From positions 1 to 43,301 of the forward strand of contig JAJUJH010000005.1 in the NCBI GenBank assembly GCA_029265435.1: a DNA stretch of 43,301 nucleotides, given 5' to 3'. The position numbers and the translations under genes were made by a program. This DNA is from Clostridiales bacterium (GTDB taxonomy: Bacteria; Bacillota; Clostridia; Christensenellales; SZUA-584). The notes under the pieces are model-generated. The model was given only the letters and a program-made list of their open reading frames with translations, searched no databases and was not told the DNA's origin. This document shows, piece after piece, positions 1 through 11,298 of the stretch (within the stretch, counting starts at the first letter, position 1; each line of letters opens with the position of its first letter).

Positions 1-261
1 AAGGGGCCTTTCGTACACGCGAAGCTGCTGGAGAGGATCCGGCAGATGAACGAGAAGAACGAAAAGAAAGTGCTCAAAACGTGGTCCAGAGCATCAACGA
101 TATTTCCGGATATGGTTGGACATACGATAGCCGTTCATGACGGCAGAAAATTCGTGCCGGTATACATGACGGAAGATATGGTCGGACATAAGCTGGGAGA
201 GTTTGCGCCGACAAGGACATTCCGCGGCCACGCGGGCGATAAAAAGTCCGGCTCCAAGTAG
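1..261 (+). CDS. rpsS: 30S ribosomal protein S19 (5'-truncated by window edge)
   Basis: Frame is open from base 1 ([10 protein letters not shown]...[30 protein letters not shown]...[13 protein letters not shown]); lies directly before rplV. Confidence 0.98.
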   Translation, partial: KGPFVHAKLLERIRQMNEKNEKKVLKTWSRASTIFPDMVGHTIAVHDGRKFVPVYMTEDMVGHKLGEFAPTRTFRGHAGDKKSGSK

Positions 262-276
262 AGGGAGGAACGATTA

Positions 277-675
277 ATGGCAACTCGTCAGAGAGAAAAA
301 GCTCAAAAGAGGCATGAGCTCAAGGATAAAAGGCCGATGGCCAAAGCGAAATACGTGCGGATCTCTTCCTCGAAAGTCAGGATCGTGATTGACCTGATTC
401 GGGGCAAGAAGGTGGATGAAGCGGTGGCTGTGCTGAAAAACACGCCTGCCGCGGCCAGCCCGATTGTCGAGAAGGTTTTGAATTCCGCCGTCGCAAATGC
501 GGAGAACAACCAGGGACTGCTGCGCGACGATCTTATCGTTGCCGAGTGCTTTGCGGATCAGGGGCCGACGCTTCGCCGTTTCCGTCCGCGTGCGCAGGGA
601 CGTGCGTCCCGCATCCGCAAGAGGTCGAGCCATATCACCATTATACTCGACAGTGCAGTCAAGGAGGAATCTTAA
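277..675 (+). CDS. rplV: 50S ribosomal protein L22
   Basis: [14 protein letters not shown]...SAVANAENN...[15 protein letters not shown]...SHITI; GGAGG RBS. Confidence 0.98.
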   Translation: MATRQREKAQKRHELKDKRPMAKAKYVRISSSKVRIVIDLIRGKKVDEAVAVLKNTPAAASPIVEKVLNSAVANAENNQGLLRDDLIVAECFADQGPTLRRFRPRAQGRASRIRKRSSHITIILDSAVKEES

Positions 676-677
676 GC

Positions 678-1373
678 ATGGGTCAGAAAGTCAATCCTCA
701 CGGTATGCGCGTGGGCGTCATCAAAGACTGGAATGCGCGCTGGTTTGCGAAGAAAGGCGATTTTGCCGCGAACATCAAGGAAGACAATGTGATAAGGAAG
801 CAGCTCAAAAAGCAGCTTTATGCGGCGGGCATTTCCAAGATCGAGACGGAGCGGGCAGCCAACAAACTGACCGTGAACATATATACCGCCAAGCCGGGCA
901 TCGTGATCGGCAAGGGCGGCCAGGGCGTTGAGATACTCAAGGCGCAGCTCTCCCGCCAGACGGGCAAAACGGTGATACTCAACATCATCGAGATCAAGCG
1001 TCCCGACATCGACGCGCAGCTGGTGGCTGAGAACATCGCGTCGCAGCTGGAACGCCGCATCAGTTTCCGCCGCGCGATGAAGCAGTGCATCGGCAGAGCC
1101 ATGAAGAGCGGTGCGCTCGGCATCAAGGCCGTGTGCTCGGGCCGTTTGGGCGGCGCCGAAATCGCCCGCAGCGAGAAGTATCACGACGGTTCGATTCCGC
1201 TTCAGACAATCCGTGCCGATATCGACTACGGTTTTGCCGAAGCCAGCACCACATACGGCAAGATTGGATGCAAGGTCTGGATATATAAAGGCGAGATTCT
1301 TGGCAATCCTTTAAGGGATAAGTTCAAGACCGCGGAAGGAGGCAGCAAAGATGTTAATGCCAAAAAGGGTTAA
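678..1373 (+). CDS. rpsC: 30S ribosomal protein S3
   Basis: [13 protein letters not shown] start at 678 after AAGGAGG; KH motif [10 protein letters not shown]; [13 protein letters not shown]. Confidence 0.98.
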   Translation: MGQKVNPHGMRVGVIKDWNARWFAKKGDFAANIKEDNVIRKQLKKQLYAAGISKIETERAANKLTVNIYTAKPGIVIGKGGQGVEILKAQLSRQTGKTVILNIIEIKRPDIDAQLVAENIASQLERRISFRRAMKQCIGRAMKSGALGIKAVCSGRLGGAEIARSEKYHDGSIPLQTIRADIDYGFAEASTTYGKIGCKVWIYKGEILGNPLRDKFKTAEGGSKDVNAKKG

Positions 1374-1797
1374 GAGAAGAAGAGTGCACCGCGGCCGCAT
1401 GAAGGGCAACGCCAACAAGGGCAATACCATCACATACGGCGAATACGGTTTGGTCGCGCTGGAACCCGCATGGATCACGAGCAATCAGATCGAGGCCGCG
1501 CGTATCGCGATGACACGTTACATCAAAAGAGGCGGTCAGGTTTGGATCAAAATATTCCCGCACAAGCCGGTCACGGAAAAACCGGCTGAAACACGGATGG
1601 GCTCCGGTAAAGGTTCCCCGGAATACTGGGTGGCCGTTGTAAAACCGGGCCGCGTGCTGTTCGAGATAGCGGGCGTGACGGAAGATATCGCGCGCGAGGC
1701 GCTTCGCCTTGCGGCACACAAGCTGCCGATCAAGTGCAAAACGATCAAAGCTGAAACGGAAGCCAAAGAAGTGGGTGGTGAGCAGGATGAAAGCTAG
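1351..1797 (+). CDS. rplP: 50S ribosomal protein L16
   Basis: MLMPKRVK...[10 protein letters not shown]...[14 protein letters not shown]. Confidence 0.98.
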   Translation: MLMPKRVKRRRVHRGRMKGNANKGNTITYGEYGLVALEPAWITSNQIEAARIAMTRYIKRGGQVWIKIFPHKPVTEKPAETRMGSGKGSPEYWVAVVKPGRVLFEIAGVTEDIAREALRLAAHKLPIKCKTIKAETEAKEVGGEQDES

Positions 1798-1993
1798 CAA
1801 GCTGCATGAAATGTCGACTGATGAGCTCAGCGTTCAGCTCAAGGATTTGAAGCAAGAGCTTTTTAACCTGCGTTTCCAGAATGCCACAGGGCAGCTCGGA
1901 AACGTGATGAACATTCAGAAGACGAAGAAAGATATCGCAAGAGTGAAAACGATCTTAAGAGAGCGCGAATTGAAAAGCGCGGCTCAGCGCTAA
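1787..1993 (+). CDS. rpmC: 50S ribosomal protein L29
   Basis: [10 protein letters not shown]...[14 protein letters not shown]...IARVKT; ATG at 1787 in frame with the listed ORF. Confidence 0.96.
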   Translation: MKASKLHEMSTDELSVQLKDLKQELFNLRFQNATGQLGNVMNIQKTKKDIARVKTILRERELKSAAQR

Positions 1994-2004
1994 GGAGGAC
2001 GCTC

Positions 2005-2262
2005 ATGTCTGAAAGAGGAATTCGCAAAACAAAGGTTGGCATCGTCGTCAGCGATAAGATGGATAAGACGATCGTGGTGCAGATTGTCCGCAAGGCCAAG
2101 CATCCGCTTTACGGCAAGACTGTGAAGATCACAAAGAAGTACAAGGCGCACGATGAAGAAAACAAGGCGAAAATCGGCGATAAAGTGATGATCGCCGAAA
2201 CGCGTCCGTTAAGCAAAGACAAGAAATGGAGACTGGTTGAGGTTGTAGAAGCCGCCAAATAG
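2005..2262 (+). CDS. rpsQ: 30S ribosomal protein S17
   Basis: [14 protein letters not shown]...HPLYGK...AHDE...ETRPLSKDK. Confidence 0.98.
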   Translation: MSERGIRKTKVGIVVSDKMDKTIVVQIVRKAKHPLYGKTVKITKKYKAHDEENKAKIGDKVMIAETRPLSKDKKWRLVEVVEAAK

Positions 2263-2289
2263 CCAGTAGTATAAAGGGAGGCGTAAAAA

Positions 2290-2658
2290 ATGATTCAAGC
2301 CCAAACACGCCTGAAAGTGGCGGATAATTCAGGAGCCAAAGAGATCATGTGCATCAAGGTTCTCGGCGGCTCAAAAAGGGTCACAGCCAATATCGGCGAT
2401 GTGATTATCGCGTCCGTAAAATCGGCGGCTCCCGGCGGAGTCGTCAAGAAGAAGGATGTTGTGAAGGCCGTCGTGGTGCGCAGCGTTTATGGCGTTCGCC
2501 GCAAAGACGGTTCGTATATCCGGTTTGATGACAACGCGGCGGTGATTATCGACAATCAGAAGCAGCCAAGAGGAACGCGTATATTCGGACCTGTTGCCCG
2601 GGAGCTCAGAGAGAAGGAATACATGAAGATCGTCTCTCTTGCGCCCGAGGTACTATAG
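2290..2658 (+). CDS. rplN: 50S ribosomal protein L14
   Basis: [17 protein letters not shown]...[13 protein letters not shown]...SLAPEVL. Confidence 0.99.
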   Translation: MIQAQTRLKVADNSGAKEIMCIKVLGGSKRVTANIGDVIIASVKSAAPGGVVKKKDVVKAVVVRSVYGVRRKDGSYIRFDDNAAVIIDNQKQPRGTRIFGPVARELREKEYMKIVSLAPEVL

Positions 2659-2676
2659 GAAGGCAGGAAAAATACA

Positions 2677-3000
2677 ATGGCGAGAATGCACATAAGGAAA
2701 GATGACAAAGTTGTTGTGATTTCCGGCAAGGATAAAGGCAAGAAGGGCAAGGTTCTGGTAGCCGAGCCCAAAAACGGCAAGGTTGTCGTCGAGAAGATCA
2801 ATATGGTGACGAAGCATGAGAAGCCGAAAGGACAGGGCAAGCCGGGCGGCATCATGCATCAGGAAGCGCCGATTTATGCGAGCAAGGTCATGCTTGTCTG
2901 CGGAAAATGCGGCAAGGCCACACGCATCGCTTTTAAGCTTTTGGAGAACGGAAGCAAGGTGCGCGTGTGCAAAAAATGCGGCGAGACGTTCGACAAGTAA
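2677..3000 (+). CDS. rplX: 50S ribosomal protein L24
   Basis: KOW motif [17 protein letters not shown]; [10 protein letters not shown]. Confidence 0.98.
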   Translation: MARMHIRKDDKVVVISGKDKGKKGKVLVAEPKNGKVVVEKINMVTKHEKPKGQGKPGGIMHQEAPIYASKVMLVCGKCGKATRIAFKLLENGSKVRVCKKCGETFDK

Positions 3001-3014
3001 GGGAGGAAATAAGA

Positions 3015-3554
3015 ATGCCTAGGTTAAAGGATACGTATTTGAGCCAAGCCGTACCCGCCCTTATGAAAAAGTTCGGGTACAAAAACATCATGCAGGTGCC
3101 GAAGCTTGAAAAGATCGTCATCAATATGGGACTTGGCGATACGAAGGATAATCCTAAAGGAATGGACTCGGCCGTAAACGATTTGATGGTCATTTCGGGA
3201 CAGAAACCCGTGGTCACAAAAGCGAAAAAGAGCGTGGCCAACTTCAAGGTGCGCGAAGGCATGAAGGTCGGCGCAAAGGTGACGCTGCGCGGAGACCGCA
3301 TGTATGAGTTTGCCGACCGCCTCATGAGCATCGCGCTTCCGCGTGTGAGAGACTTCCGCGGTATTCCGACATCGTCGTTTGACGGACGCGGCAATTTCGC
3401 GCTGGGCCTTAAGGAACAGCTCGTGTTTCCCGAAATCGTCTATGACAACGTGGATAAAATCCGCGGCATGGATATCGTGATGGTGACGACGGCGAAAACG
3501 GACGAGGAAGCCAGAGAGCTTTTGACGCTGCTTGGCATGCCGTTCAAGCGTTAA
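3015..3554 (+). CDS. rplE: 50S ribosomal protein L5
   Basis: ATG at 3015 after GGAGG; [12 protein letters not shown]...[21 protein letters not shown]...LPRVRDFRG. Confidence 0.98.
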   Translation: MPRLKDTYLSQAVPALMKKFGYKNIMQVPKLEKIVINMGLGDTKDNPKGMDSAVNDLMVISGQKPVVTKAKKSVANFKVREGMKVGAKVTLRGDRMYEFADRLMSIALPRVRDFRGIPTSSFDGRGNFALGLKEQLVFPEIVYDNVDKIRGMDIVMVTTAKTDEEARELLTLLGMPFKR

Positions 3555-3573
3555 GGAAGGGGAGGAAATCCAC

Positions 3574-3759
3574 GTGGCGAAAAAGTCGATGATTAACAAA
3601 CAGCAGAGAGGCTCGAAGTTCTCAACGAGGAACTATACGCGCTGCAGCATTTGCGGGCGGCCGCATGCGGTGCTCAGCAAATACGGCGTCTGCCGCATTT
3701 GTTTTAGGGAGCTTGCCTATAAGGGCGAAATACCCGGCGTGAGAAAAGCGAGCTGGTAG
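3574..3759 (+). CDS. rpsN: 30S ribosomal protein S14, zinc-binding (type Z), 61 aa
   Basis: GTG start after GGAGG; CSICGRP...CRICFRE...IPGVRKASW. Confidence 0.97.
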   Translation: MAKKSMINKQQRGSKFSTRNYTRCSICGRPHAVLSKYGVCRICFRELAYKGEIPGVRKASW

Positions 3760-3794
3760 GCTTTTGTGTTCGATAAAACAAGGAGGAAAATGAC

Positions 3795-4193
3795 ATGCCA
3801 GTAACAGATCCAGTGGCGGATATGCTCACCCGTATCCGTAATGCGATTGGAGCAAAACACGAAGTGATCGATGTGCCCGCTTCCCAGATGAAGAAGGCGA
3901 TTGCCGGTATTCTTCTTAAAGAAGGCTTTATAAAAGGTTATGAATATAAAGAAGAAGGTCCTCAGGGAGTCATCCGCATCACGCTGAAATACGGCGAAAA
4001 GGATGCTTCGATTATCCACGGCCTTAAAAGGATCAGCAAACCGGGTCTCAGAGTGTATGCGGGCAAGGACGAGCTTCCCAAAGTGCTTGGCGGTCTTGGT
4101 ATTGCCATTATATCCACGTCCAAAGGCGTTATGACCGACCGTGACGCAAGAGAGAACGGCGTGGGCGGAGAAGTTCTCGCTTACGTGTGGTAA
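3795..4193 (+). CDS. rpsH: 30S ribosomal protein S8
   Basis: [13 protein letters not shown]...[10 protein letters not shown]...STSKGVMTD...GGEVLAYVW. Confidence 0.98.
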   Translation: MPVTDPVADMLTRIRNAIGAKHEVIDVPASQMKKAIAGILLKEGFIKGYEYKEEGPQGVIRITLKYGEKDASIIHGLKRISKPGLRVYAGKDELPKVLGGLGIAIISTSKGVMTDRDARENGVGGEVLAYVW

Positions 4194-4251
4194 AGCGGGA
4201 GTTCCGGCTGATCGCAGCATTGAAAATTACGCATTTGCGGAGGAGATAAAA

Positions 4252-4791
4252 ATGTCGAGAATCGGTAGAATGCCTATCACGATTCCCGCGGGCGTCACGG
4301 TGACGGTCGAGCCGGGAAACATCGTGAGGGTTGCAAGCAAAAAGGGCGAGCTGACCGAAAGGATTCCGTCTGTTATTGAAGTGAGCCAGGAAGACGGCGT
4401 GCTGTATATAAAGCGCAGCTCGGATGATAAGAAAGCGAGGGCCATGCACGGCCTTTCCCGCGCCATTGTCGCCAACATGATAACCGGCCTGACAGAGGGG
4501 TTCACCAAAACGCTCGAGGTTGTGGGCGTCGGTTACAGGGTGCAAAAAAGCGGCAATAAAATCGTGCTGAACGTGGGCTACTCGCATCCGGTTGAAGTGC
4601 CTGAGACAGACGGCATCAAGCTGGATGTGGAAGGCACCAACATCATAAAGGTGACCGGCATCAGCAAGCAGGCTGTCGGCCAGTTCGCGGCGAATATCCG
4701 CGAGATCCGTCCGCCGGAGCCGTACAAAGGCAAAGGCATACGCTATCAGGGCGAGACGGTACAGATCAAAGTCGGCAAGACCGGAATGTAG
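4252..4791 (+). CDS. rplF: 50S ribosomal protein L6
   Basis: MSRIGRMPI start at 4252 after GGAGGAG; [13 protein letters not shown]. Confidence 0.98.
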   Translation: MSRIGRMPITIPAGVTVTVEPGNIVRVASKKGELTERIPSVIEVSQEDGVLYIKRSSDDKKARAMHGLSRAIVANMITGLTEGFTKTLEVVGVGYRVQKSGNKIVLNVGYSHPVEVPETDGIKLDVEGTNIIKVTGISKQAVGQFAANIREIRPPEPYKGKGIRYQGETVQIKVGKTGM

Positions 4792-4805
4792 AGAGGTGGC
4801 TTAAG

Positions 4806-5174
4806 GTGATTAACAAGGTTAATAAAAACGCAATCAGACAGGCGCGCCACTTGCGGGTCCGCAACAAAATTTCCGGTACGGCGCAGCGGCCGCGGCTTAA
4901 CGTGTTCCGCAGCACCAACCATATTTATGCGCAGATCATCGACGATGTGAAGGGCGTGACGCTTTGCAGCGCATCCACGCTCAGCGGTGATCTGAAGAAA
5001 GACATCGAAGGCAAGACAAAAAAAGAAGCAGCCAGGATCGTCGGTATGGCGATCGGCAAAAAGGCGCTTGCGGCCGGCATCGACCAGGTTGTGTTCGACC
5101 GCGGCGGATATATCTACATGGGCCGAGTTGAGCAGCTGGCAGAAGGCGCCAGAGAAGCCGGACTCAAGTTTTAA
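4806..5174 (+). CDS. rplR: 50S ribosomal protein L18
   Basis: [20 protein letters not shown]...VFDRGGY...AREAGLKF. Confidence 0.98.
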   Translation: MINKVNKNAIRQARHLRVRNKISGTAQRPRLNVFRSTNHIYAQIIDDVKGVTLCSASTLSGDLKKDIEGKTKKEAARIVGMAIGKKALAAGIDQVVFDRGGYIYMGRVEQLAEGAREAGLKF

Positions 5175-5189
5175 AAGGAGGTTTGTCTG

Positions 5190-5756
5190 GTGCAAAGGAA
5201 CGATTCATTCCCGAAGGGCGAAAGAAAGAACGAAAAAGGCGCTCCGCGCGGCGGCCGCAAGAACTTCAAGCGTGAAGAAGAGCAGGAGTTCAAGGAAAAG
5301 CTTGTTTACGTCAACCGTGTTGCGAAGGTTGTCAAAGGCGGCCGTAACTTCAGGTTTACGGCGCTGGTTGTCGTCGGAGATGAGAAAGGCCGCGTCGGCG
5401 CGGGGCTTGGCAAGGCGGCGGAGATTCCCGACGCGATTTCCAAGGCTGTGCAGAAAGCCAAACGCAGCCTGATACAGGTTCCCATCGTGGGAACAACGAT
5501 CCCCCACGAAACGGTGGGCATATTCGGAAGAGGCCGCGTGCTGCTTTTCCCGGCTACCGAAGGTACCGGCGTTATCGCGGGCGGTCCGGCCAGAGCGGTG
5601 CTTGAGCTGGCGGGCGTGAAGGACATCAAGACGAAGTCTCAGGGATCTAATACGCCGGTCAACTGTGTGAAGGCCACGCTTGAAGGCTTAAAGACGCTCA
5701 AGACCGCGGAGGAATATGCCAGACTTCGCGGTATCAGCGTCGATCAGCTTAAATAA
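5190..5756 (+). CDS. rpsE: 30S ribosomal protein S5
   Basis: [23 protein letters not shown]...GTGVIAGG; GTG start after AAGGAGG. Confidence 0.98.
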   Translation: MQRNDSFPKGERKNEKGAPRGGRKNFKREEEQEFKEKLVYVNRVAKVVKGGRNFRFTALVVVGDEKGRVGAGLGKAAEIPDAISKAVQKAKRSLIQVPIVGTTIPHETVGIFGRGRVLLFPATEGTGVIAGGPARAVLELAGVKDIKTKSQGSNTPVNCVKATLEGLKTLKTAEEYARLRGISVDQLK

Positions 5757-5770
5757 GGAGGCCAAAGACC

Positions 5771-5962
5771 ATGGCAAAGAAAGCGGCAAAGATCAAAGTA
5801 CAGCTTGTCAAGAGCCCGATCGGTTGTTCAAAGGATCAAAGGGCGACGGTGGAAGCGCTTGGTCTTCGCAAAATGAACACAATCGCGGAGCATGAGGACA
5901 ACGCTTGCATTCGCGGCATGATCAATAAAGTGACGCACCTTGTGAAGGTGCTTGACGCTTAA
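5771..5962 (+). CDS. rpmD: 50S ribosomal protein L30
   Basis: VQLVKSPIG...TVEALGLRK...[11 protein letters not shown]. Confidence 0.97.
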   Translation: MAKKAAKIKVQLVKSPIGCSKDQRATVEALGLRKMNTIAEHEDNACIRGMINKVTHLVKVLDA

Positions 5963-5976
5963 AAGGAGGCAGGGTT

Positions 5977-6420
5977 GTGAAAATCTATGAATTAAAGCCG
6001 GCTCCGGGCTCCAAAAAGAAAAGGAAACGCGTAGGCAGGGGCGTGGGTTCCGGCCACGGCAAAACGTCCACGCGCGGACAGGGCGGCCAGTGGTCCAGAA
6101 GCGGCGGCGGCGTGCGCCCCGGTTTTGAAGGCGGACAGATGCCGCTTTCGAGGCGTCTGCCCAAGAGAGGCTTCACCAATATATTCGCCAAAGAGTACGC
6201 AACCGTTAACGTGAGCGACCTCAATGTGTTTGAAGACGGCGCGGAGGTGACGGCGGAAGTTTTGAAGGAAAAAAGAATCATCAGAAAGACGTATGACGGG
6301 CTGAAGGTGCTCGGCAACGGCGAGATTACCAAAAAGCTTACCGTCAAAGCGGCGAAGTTCACGTCTACGGCTGCGGAAAAGATCGCCGCTGCCGGAGGAA
6401 CGGCAGAGGTGATTGAATAA
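5977..6420 (+). CDS. rplO: 50S ribosomal protein L15
   Basis: [17 protein letters not shown]...[18 protein letters not shown]. Confidence 0.98.
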   Translation: MKIYELKPAPGSKKKRKRVGRGVGSGHGKTSTRGQGGQWSRSGGGVRPGFEGGQMPLSRRLPKRGFTNIFAKEYATVNVSDLNVFEDGAEVTAEVLKEKRIIRKTYDGLKVLGNGEITKKLTVKAAKFTSTAAEKIAAAGGTAEVIE

Positions 6421-7703
6421 TGTTTAGTACGCTCCGAAACGCATGGAAGGTTCCCGATATCAGAAAAAAGATGCTCTATACGATCATGATGCTGGTCGTA
6501 TACCGCATCGGCGCGCATGTGCCGGTTCCCGGTGTGAATTCAGCCGTGATTTCAAACATGATCTCAGGCAGCACACTTGGCAGCTTCGTCGATCTCTTTG
6601 CGGGCGGCGCGTTAAAAGATTTTTCGCTGTTTGCGCTGGGTATTGTGCCGTATGTCACAGCATCCATCATCATGCAGCTTTTGACAATGGCCATCCCTCC
6701 GCTTGAAAGGATGCAGAAGGAAGGCCCCGAAGGCCGTAAAAAGATCGCGTCGATAACGCGGTATGCGGGTGTGGCGCTCGGTCTGATTCAAGCCATCGGC
6801 ATACTGACCACTCTGGTCTCAAACAATGCGAGCGTTGTGGAGAATACGGGAACGCCGGTTGTTCTCAACTATATCACCATCGTGCTATGTCTGACGGCCG
6901 GTACGGCGCTGATTATGTGGATCGGCGAGCACATAACCGAAAACGGTGTGGGCAACGGCATTTCGCTGCTGATTTTCGTCAGCATCATATCCCGCCTGCC
7001 CAACTCGGTGATAAGCTACATATCGGGCATTGCGCAAGGCATGGAGAACTATTCGGTGATGACGTTCATCATCATCGTGATTGCGGCGCTGGCAATTGTG
7101 ACGGGCATTACGTTTATCGACCTTGGCGAACGGCGCATTCCGGTGCAATACGCAAAACGCGTGGTGGGACGAAAAATTTACGGCGGCCAGTCGACGCATA
7201 TCCCTATGAAGATCAATTCTTCGGGCGTGATGCCGCTGATTTTCGCGCTGACGCTTCTGCAGTTCCCCGGCATGATCATGCAGTTTGTGTCATCGAAGGA
7301 AGCTTTGGCCGGATATGAAAGCGTGATGGGTTCAAGCCAGCCGCTGTATCTGGTTCTCTACGCGCTGCTGATTTTCTTCTTTACATTCTTCTATTCGCAG
7401 GTGACGTTCAATCCTGTGGACGTATCGAAGAATCTTCAGCAGAACGGCGGGTTTATCCCGGGGATCCGTGCGGGCAAGCCGACATCGGATTATCTTCAGA
7501 AGATACTGGTGCGTGTCACGCTGTTCGGTGCGATATTCCTTGCGCTGGTCGCCACGATACCGCAGCTTTTCGTCACGCTTGCGAAGTTCAGTTCGCCTTT
7601 CGGCGCGACGAGCCTGCTGATTATGGTCAGCGTGGCTCTTGAGACCACGAGACAGCTGGAATCCCATATGTTGATGCGTCATTACAAAGGATTCCTGAAA
7701 TAG
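6420..7703 (+). CDS. secY: Preprotein translocase subunit SecY
   Basis: About 10 hydrophobic segments; FALGIVPYVTASII, GVGNGISLLIF, FIPGIRAGKPT. Confidence 0.98.
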   Translation: MFSTLRNAWKVPDIRKKMLYTIMMLVVYRIGAHVPVPGVNSAVISNMISGSTLGSFVDLFAGGALKDFSLFALGIVPYVTASIIMQLLTMAIPPLERMQKEGPEGRKKIASITRYAGVALGLIQAIGILTTLVSNNASVVENTGTPVVLNYITIVLCLTAGTALIMWIGEHITENGVGNGISLLIFVSIISRLPNSVISYISGIAQGMENYSVMTFIIIVIAALAIVTGITFIDLGERRIPVQYAKRVVGRKIYGGQSTHIPMKINSSGVMPLIFALTLLQFPGMIMQFVSSKEALAGYESVMGSSQPLYLVLYALLIFFFTFFYSQVTFNPVDVSKNLQQNGGFIPGIRAGKPTSDYLQKILVRVTLFGAIFLALVATIPQLFVTLAKFSSPFGATSLLIMVSVALETTRQLESHMLMRHYKGFLK

Positions 7704-7710
7704 AGGTAGC

Positions 7711-8340
7711 ATGATGAAACTGATGTTTGTGGGGCCGCCGGGAGCGGGCAAAGGAACGCAGGCGGTTCGGATCGCTGCAAGGTATGGCATTCCTCATATT
7801 TCAACGGGCGACATGCTGCGCGAAGAAATCAAAAACGGGACGGAGCTTGGAAAACAGGCGAAAACCTATATCGACGCGGGCGAGCTTGTGCCGGACGAAG
7901 TGATCATCGGCATGGTCAAAGAGCGTATCGCCAGGCCGGACGCGGCAAACGGATTTATACTGGACGGTTTTCCGCGCACAAAACAGCAGGCGGAAGCGCT
8001 CGGCGCAATCGCGGCGCTCGATGCGGTCATCAACATCAACGTGCCGGATTCGAAGCTGATTCACAGGATCTGCGGAAGGCGCGTCTGCTCAAGCTGCGGC
8101 GCCACCTATCATGAATCGATGCTGGAAGATCAGAAGCATTGTCCCAAATGCGGCGGCGCGTTGTATATACGGGACGATGACAGGGAAGATACCGTCAAGC
8201 AGAGACTGGCCGTATATAAGGAAAAAACACAGCCGCTCATCGAATACTATACGAATATCGGTATATTGCATGATGTGGTGGGCAGCGGCGGTATCGACGA
8301 CATCACCGAAACGATCGTGGAAGTGCTGGAGAAGAAATGA
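7711..8340 (+). CDS. adk: Adenylate kinase (Zn-binding LID)
   Basis: P-loop GPPGAGKGT; HISTGDMLR; LDGFPRT; LID motif CSSC...CPKC. Confidence 0.98.
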   Translation: MMKLMFVGPPGAGKGTQAVRIAARYGIPHISTGDMLREEIKNGTELGKQAKTYIDAGELVPDEVIIGMVKERIARPDAANGFILDGFPRTKQQAEALGAIAALDAVININVPDSKLIHRICGRRVCSSCGATYHESMLEDQKHCPKCGGALYIRDDDREDTVKQRLAVYKEKTQPLIEYYTNIGILHDVVGSGGIDDITETIVEVLEKK

Positions 8341-9083
8341 TTACTCTGAAATCCCCCCGCGAGATCGAGTTTATGCGTGATGCCGGCAGGATATCGGCGC
8401 AGGCGCTTCAAGCGGTGGGAGAGGCTATAAAACCGGGCATCACGACGAGGGAGCTGGATGCGATCGCGAAACGATATATTGAAAAGCAGGGCGCCGAGCC
8501 GTCTTTTCTCGGGTTTTGCGGCTATCCCGCTTCGATATGCGTTTCCATCAACGACGAGATCGTTCATGGCATTCCGTCGGACCGCGTTATACAAAGCGGC
8601 GATATCGTGAGCATAGATCTTGGCGCCAAATACAAAGGCTACCATGGCGACAATGCCAAAACATATGCCGTTGGGCAAGTGAGCGGCGAAGCGCTCCGGC
8701 TGATAGAAGTGACCGAAAAGGCGTTTTACGCGGGCATGAACGCTTTCATAGACGGAGACCGTCTTTCGAGCATATCCGCCGCTGTGCAGAACACGGCGGA
8801 AGCCGCCGGTTTTTCGGTGGTCAGAGAGCTGGTCGGGCACGGCATCGGGCGAGACATGCATGAGGAGCCGAACGTGCCGAATTTCGTAAGCGGCGGCCGC
8901 GGTCCGAGGCTTCGGGTGGGCATGGTGCTTGCGATAGAGCCGATGATCAACCTTGGCGCCAAAGAGACGGTGACCATGCCGGACGGCTGGACGGTGCGCA
9001 CCAAAGACGGAAGCCTCTCCGCCCATTATGAGCATACGGTGGCGCTGACGGATAACGGGCCTTTGATCCTCACTCGGGCGTAG
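8337..9083 (+). CDS. map: Type I methionine aminopeptidase
   Basis: CVSINDEIVHGIP; DIVSIDLG; GHGIG; AIEPM; SAHYEHT. Confidence 0.98.
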   Translation: MITLKSPREIEFMRDAGRISAQALQAVGEAIKPGITTRELDAIAKRYIEKQGAEPSFLGFCGYPASICVSINDEIVHGIPSDRVIQSGDIVSIDLGAKYKGYHGDNAKTYAVGQVSGEALRLIEVTEKAFYAGMNAFIDGDRLSSISAAVQNTAEAAGFSVVRELVGHGIGRDMHEEPNVPNFVSGGRGPRLRVGMVLAIEPMINLGAKETVTMPDGWTVRTKDGSLSAHYEHTVALTDNGPLILTRA

Positions 9084-9100
9084 GCAAAGGAGGATGAGAT

Positions 9101-9385
9101 ATGGTTGAGTATCCCGCGGAAATCGGAAGAGTTGCCGTATCGACCGCCGGCCGCGACAAAGGCAGATATTTCGTGATAATGGACATCATCGACAGCCAAT
9201 ATGTATATATTGCGGATGGTGACCTGCGGACAAAGGACCATCCCAAGAAAAAGAAGCTCAAGCACCTGAAGCTTTGTCCCGAAGTGCTTGACGGGATAGC
9301 GGGCAAGCTGAAAACGGGAGCCAGAGTCTTTGATGCGGAGATACGAAGCGCGATACGGTCGTGCAGAAGCGACAGCGACGCTTAG
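9101..9385 (+). CDS. KOW-domain RNA-binding protein (L14e/L27e-like)
   Basis: [18 protein letters not shown]...IADGDLR...PKKKKLKHL; usual position between map and infA. Confidence 0.9.
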   Translation: MVEYPAEIGRVAVSTAGRDKGRYFVIMDIIDSQYVYIADGDLRTKDHPKKKKLKHLKLCPEVLDGIAGKLKTGARVFDAEIRSAIRSCRSDSDA

Positions 9386-9399
9386 AAGGGGGAAGCGAT

Positions 9400-9755
<356 letters not shown>

Positions 9756-9834
9756 ATGTTTGTACGGAGCGGCTGCGAAGAGTTTTCTTCGATCCGTATA
9801 GCTTCTATATAAAGAATTTCGGAGGTGTAATTTA

Positions 9835-10203
9835 GTGGCACGTATATCAGGTGTTGACCTGCCAAAGGAAAAAAGGGTTGAGATCGGCCTGACCTATATC
9901 TATGGTATCGGGCTGAAGACATCCCGTGATATTTTAGCGGCGACCGGTGTTGACCCCGACACGCGGGTTAAGGATTTGACCGAGTCGGAAGTCAGCAAGT
10001 TGAGAGAATATATCGACAAAAACCTGAAGGTGGAAGGCGATCTGCGGCGTGACGTGACGCTGAGCATCAAGCGTCTGATGGAGATCGGCTGCTACAGAGG
10101 CATCCGCCACCGCAAAGGTCTGCCGGTAAGAGGACAAAGCTCCAAACAAAACGCGCGCACAAGAAAAGGCCCGAAGCGGACAGCGGGCGCAAAGAGAAAG
10201 TGA
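9835..10203 (+). CDS. rpsM: 30S ribosomal protein S13
   Basis: [10 protein letters not shown]...LTYIYGIG...[16 protein letters not shown]. Confidence 0.98.
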   Translation: MARISGVDLPKEKRVEIGLTYIYGIGLKTSRDILAATGVDPDTRVKDLTESEVSKLREYIDKNLKVEGDLRRDVTLSIKRLMEIGCYRGIRHRKGLPVRGQSSKQNARTRKGPKRTAGAKRK

Positions 10204-10212
10204 GGATAGGCA

Positions 10213-10605
10213 ATGGCTAAGCCTAAGAAAGTTGTTAGAAAGCGCAGAGAAAAAAAGAACATTGAGCGCGGTCAGGCGCATATCCGTGCTTCCTTTAACA
10301 ATACGCTCGTGACGATGACCGATGTCGGCGGCAATACGCTCTCGTGGGCCAGCGCAGGCGGCATGGGGTTCAGAGGATCCCGCAAGAGCACGCCGTTTGC
10401 CGCGCAGGTGGCGGCCGAGAAAGCGGCGACCGCTGCGATGGAGCATGGCCTGCGCTATGTGGACGTTTATGTGAAAGGCCCGGGCTCCGGCAGGGAAGCG
10501 GCGATCCGCGCTTTGCAGACCGCGGGGCTTGAGGTGTGTCTCATCAAGGATGTGACGCCGATTCCGCATAACGGATGCCGTCCGCCCAAACGCAGGAGAG
10601 TATAA
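10213..10605 (+). CDS. rpsK: 30S ribosomal protein S11
   Basis: ASFNNT...[14 protein letters not shown]...[18 protein letters not shown]. Confidence 0.99.
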   Translation: MAKPKKVVRKRREKKNIERGQAHIRASFNNTLVTMTDVGGNTLSWASAGGMGFRGSRKSTPFAAQVAAEKAATAAMEHGLRYVDVYVKGPGSGREAAIRALQTAGLEVCLIKDVTPIPHNGCRPPKRRRV

Positions 10606-10620
10606 GGAGGAGAATGGACA

Positions 10621-11244
10621 ATGGCTAGATATACAGGTTCCGTGTGCCGTCTTTGCCGCAGGGAGGGCTGCAAGCTTTTCTTGAAAGGCGACCGGTGCTA
10701 TTCCGGAAAATGCTCGTATGTGAAACGCCCCGTAGCGCCCGGCATGCAGAGCAAAAGCAGAAAGAAAATATCCGAATACGGGATTCAGCTTCGCGAAAAG
10801 CAAAAGGTCAGGCGCGCGTACGGCATGATGGAGTCCCAGTTTGAGAAATATTACGGCATTGCCGAGCGCATGAAGGGCAAAACGGGCGAAAACCTGCTGC
10901 AGCTGCTGGAGTCGCGTCTCGATAATGTGGTTTACCGTCTCGGCCTCGGCGATTCAAGGGCACAGGCCCGTCAGTATGTGCTGCATGGGCATATTCTTGT
11001 GAACGGCAAGAAGGTGGATATTCCGTCGTACATCGTTAAACCGGGAGACGAGATCACGGTTAAGAAGAAGCTCGCCGATACCGAGAAGTTCAAGGAGATC
11101 CGTGAAAGCGAAGCGCGGCCGATGCCGAGCTGGCTGACGATGGACAACGCGAATCTGACGGGCAGAGTGGTTTCTGCGCCGGCAAGAGAGGATATCGACC
11201 TGACCATTGAAGAGCACTTGATTGTTGAGTATTACTCTAAGTAA
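10621..11244 (+). CDS. rpsD: 30S ribosomal protein S4 (Zn-type N-terminus)
   Basis: [16 protein letters not shown]...[11 protein letters not shown]...HGHILVNG...IVEYYSK. Confidence 0.98.
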   Translation: MARYTGSVCRLCRREGCKLFLKGDRCYSGKCSYVKRPVAPGMQSKSRKKISEYGIQLREKQKVRRAYGMMESQFEKYYGIAERMKGKTGENLLQLLESRLDNVVYRLGLGDSRAQARQYVLHGHILVNGKKVDIPSYIVKPGDEITVKKKLADTEKFKEIRESEARPMPSWLTMDNANLTGRVVSAPAREDIDLTIEEHLIVEYYSK

Positions 11245-11298
11245 CGGATATGAGCGGTTGCCCTCAAAAACTATTCGTCTATAACAGGAGGGTTATAA

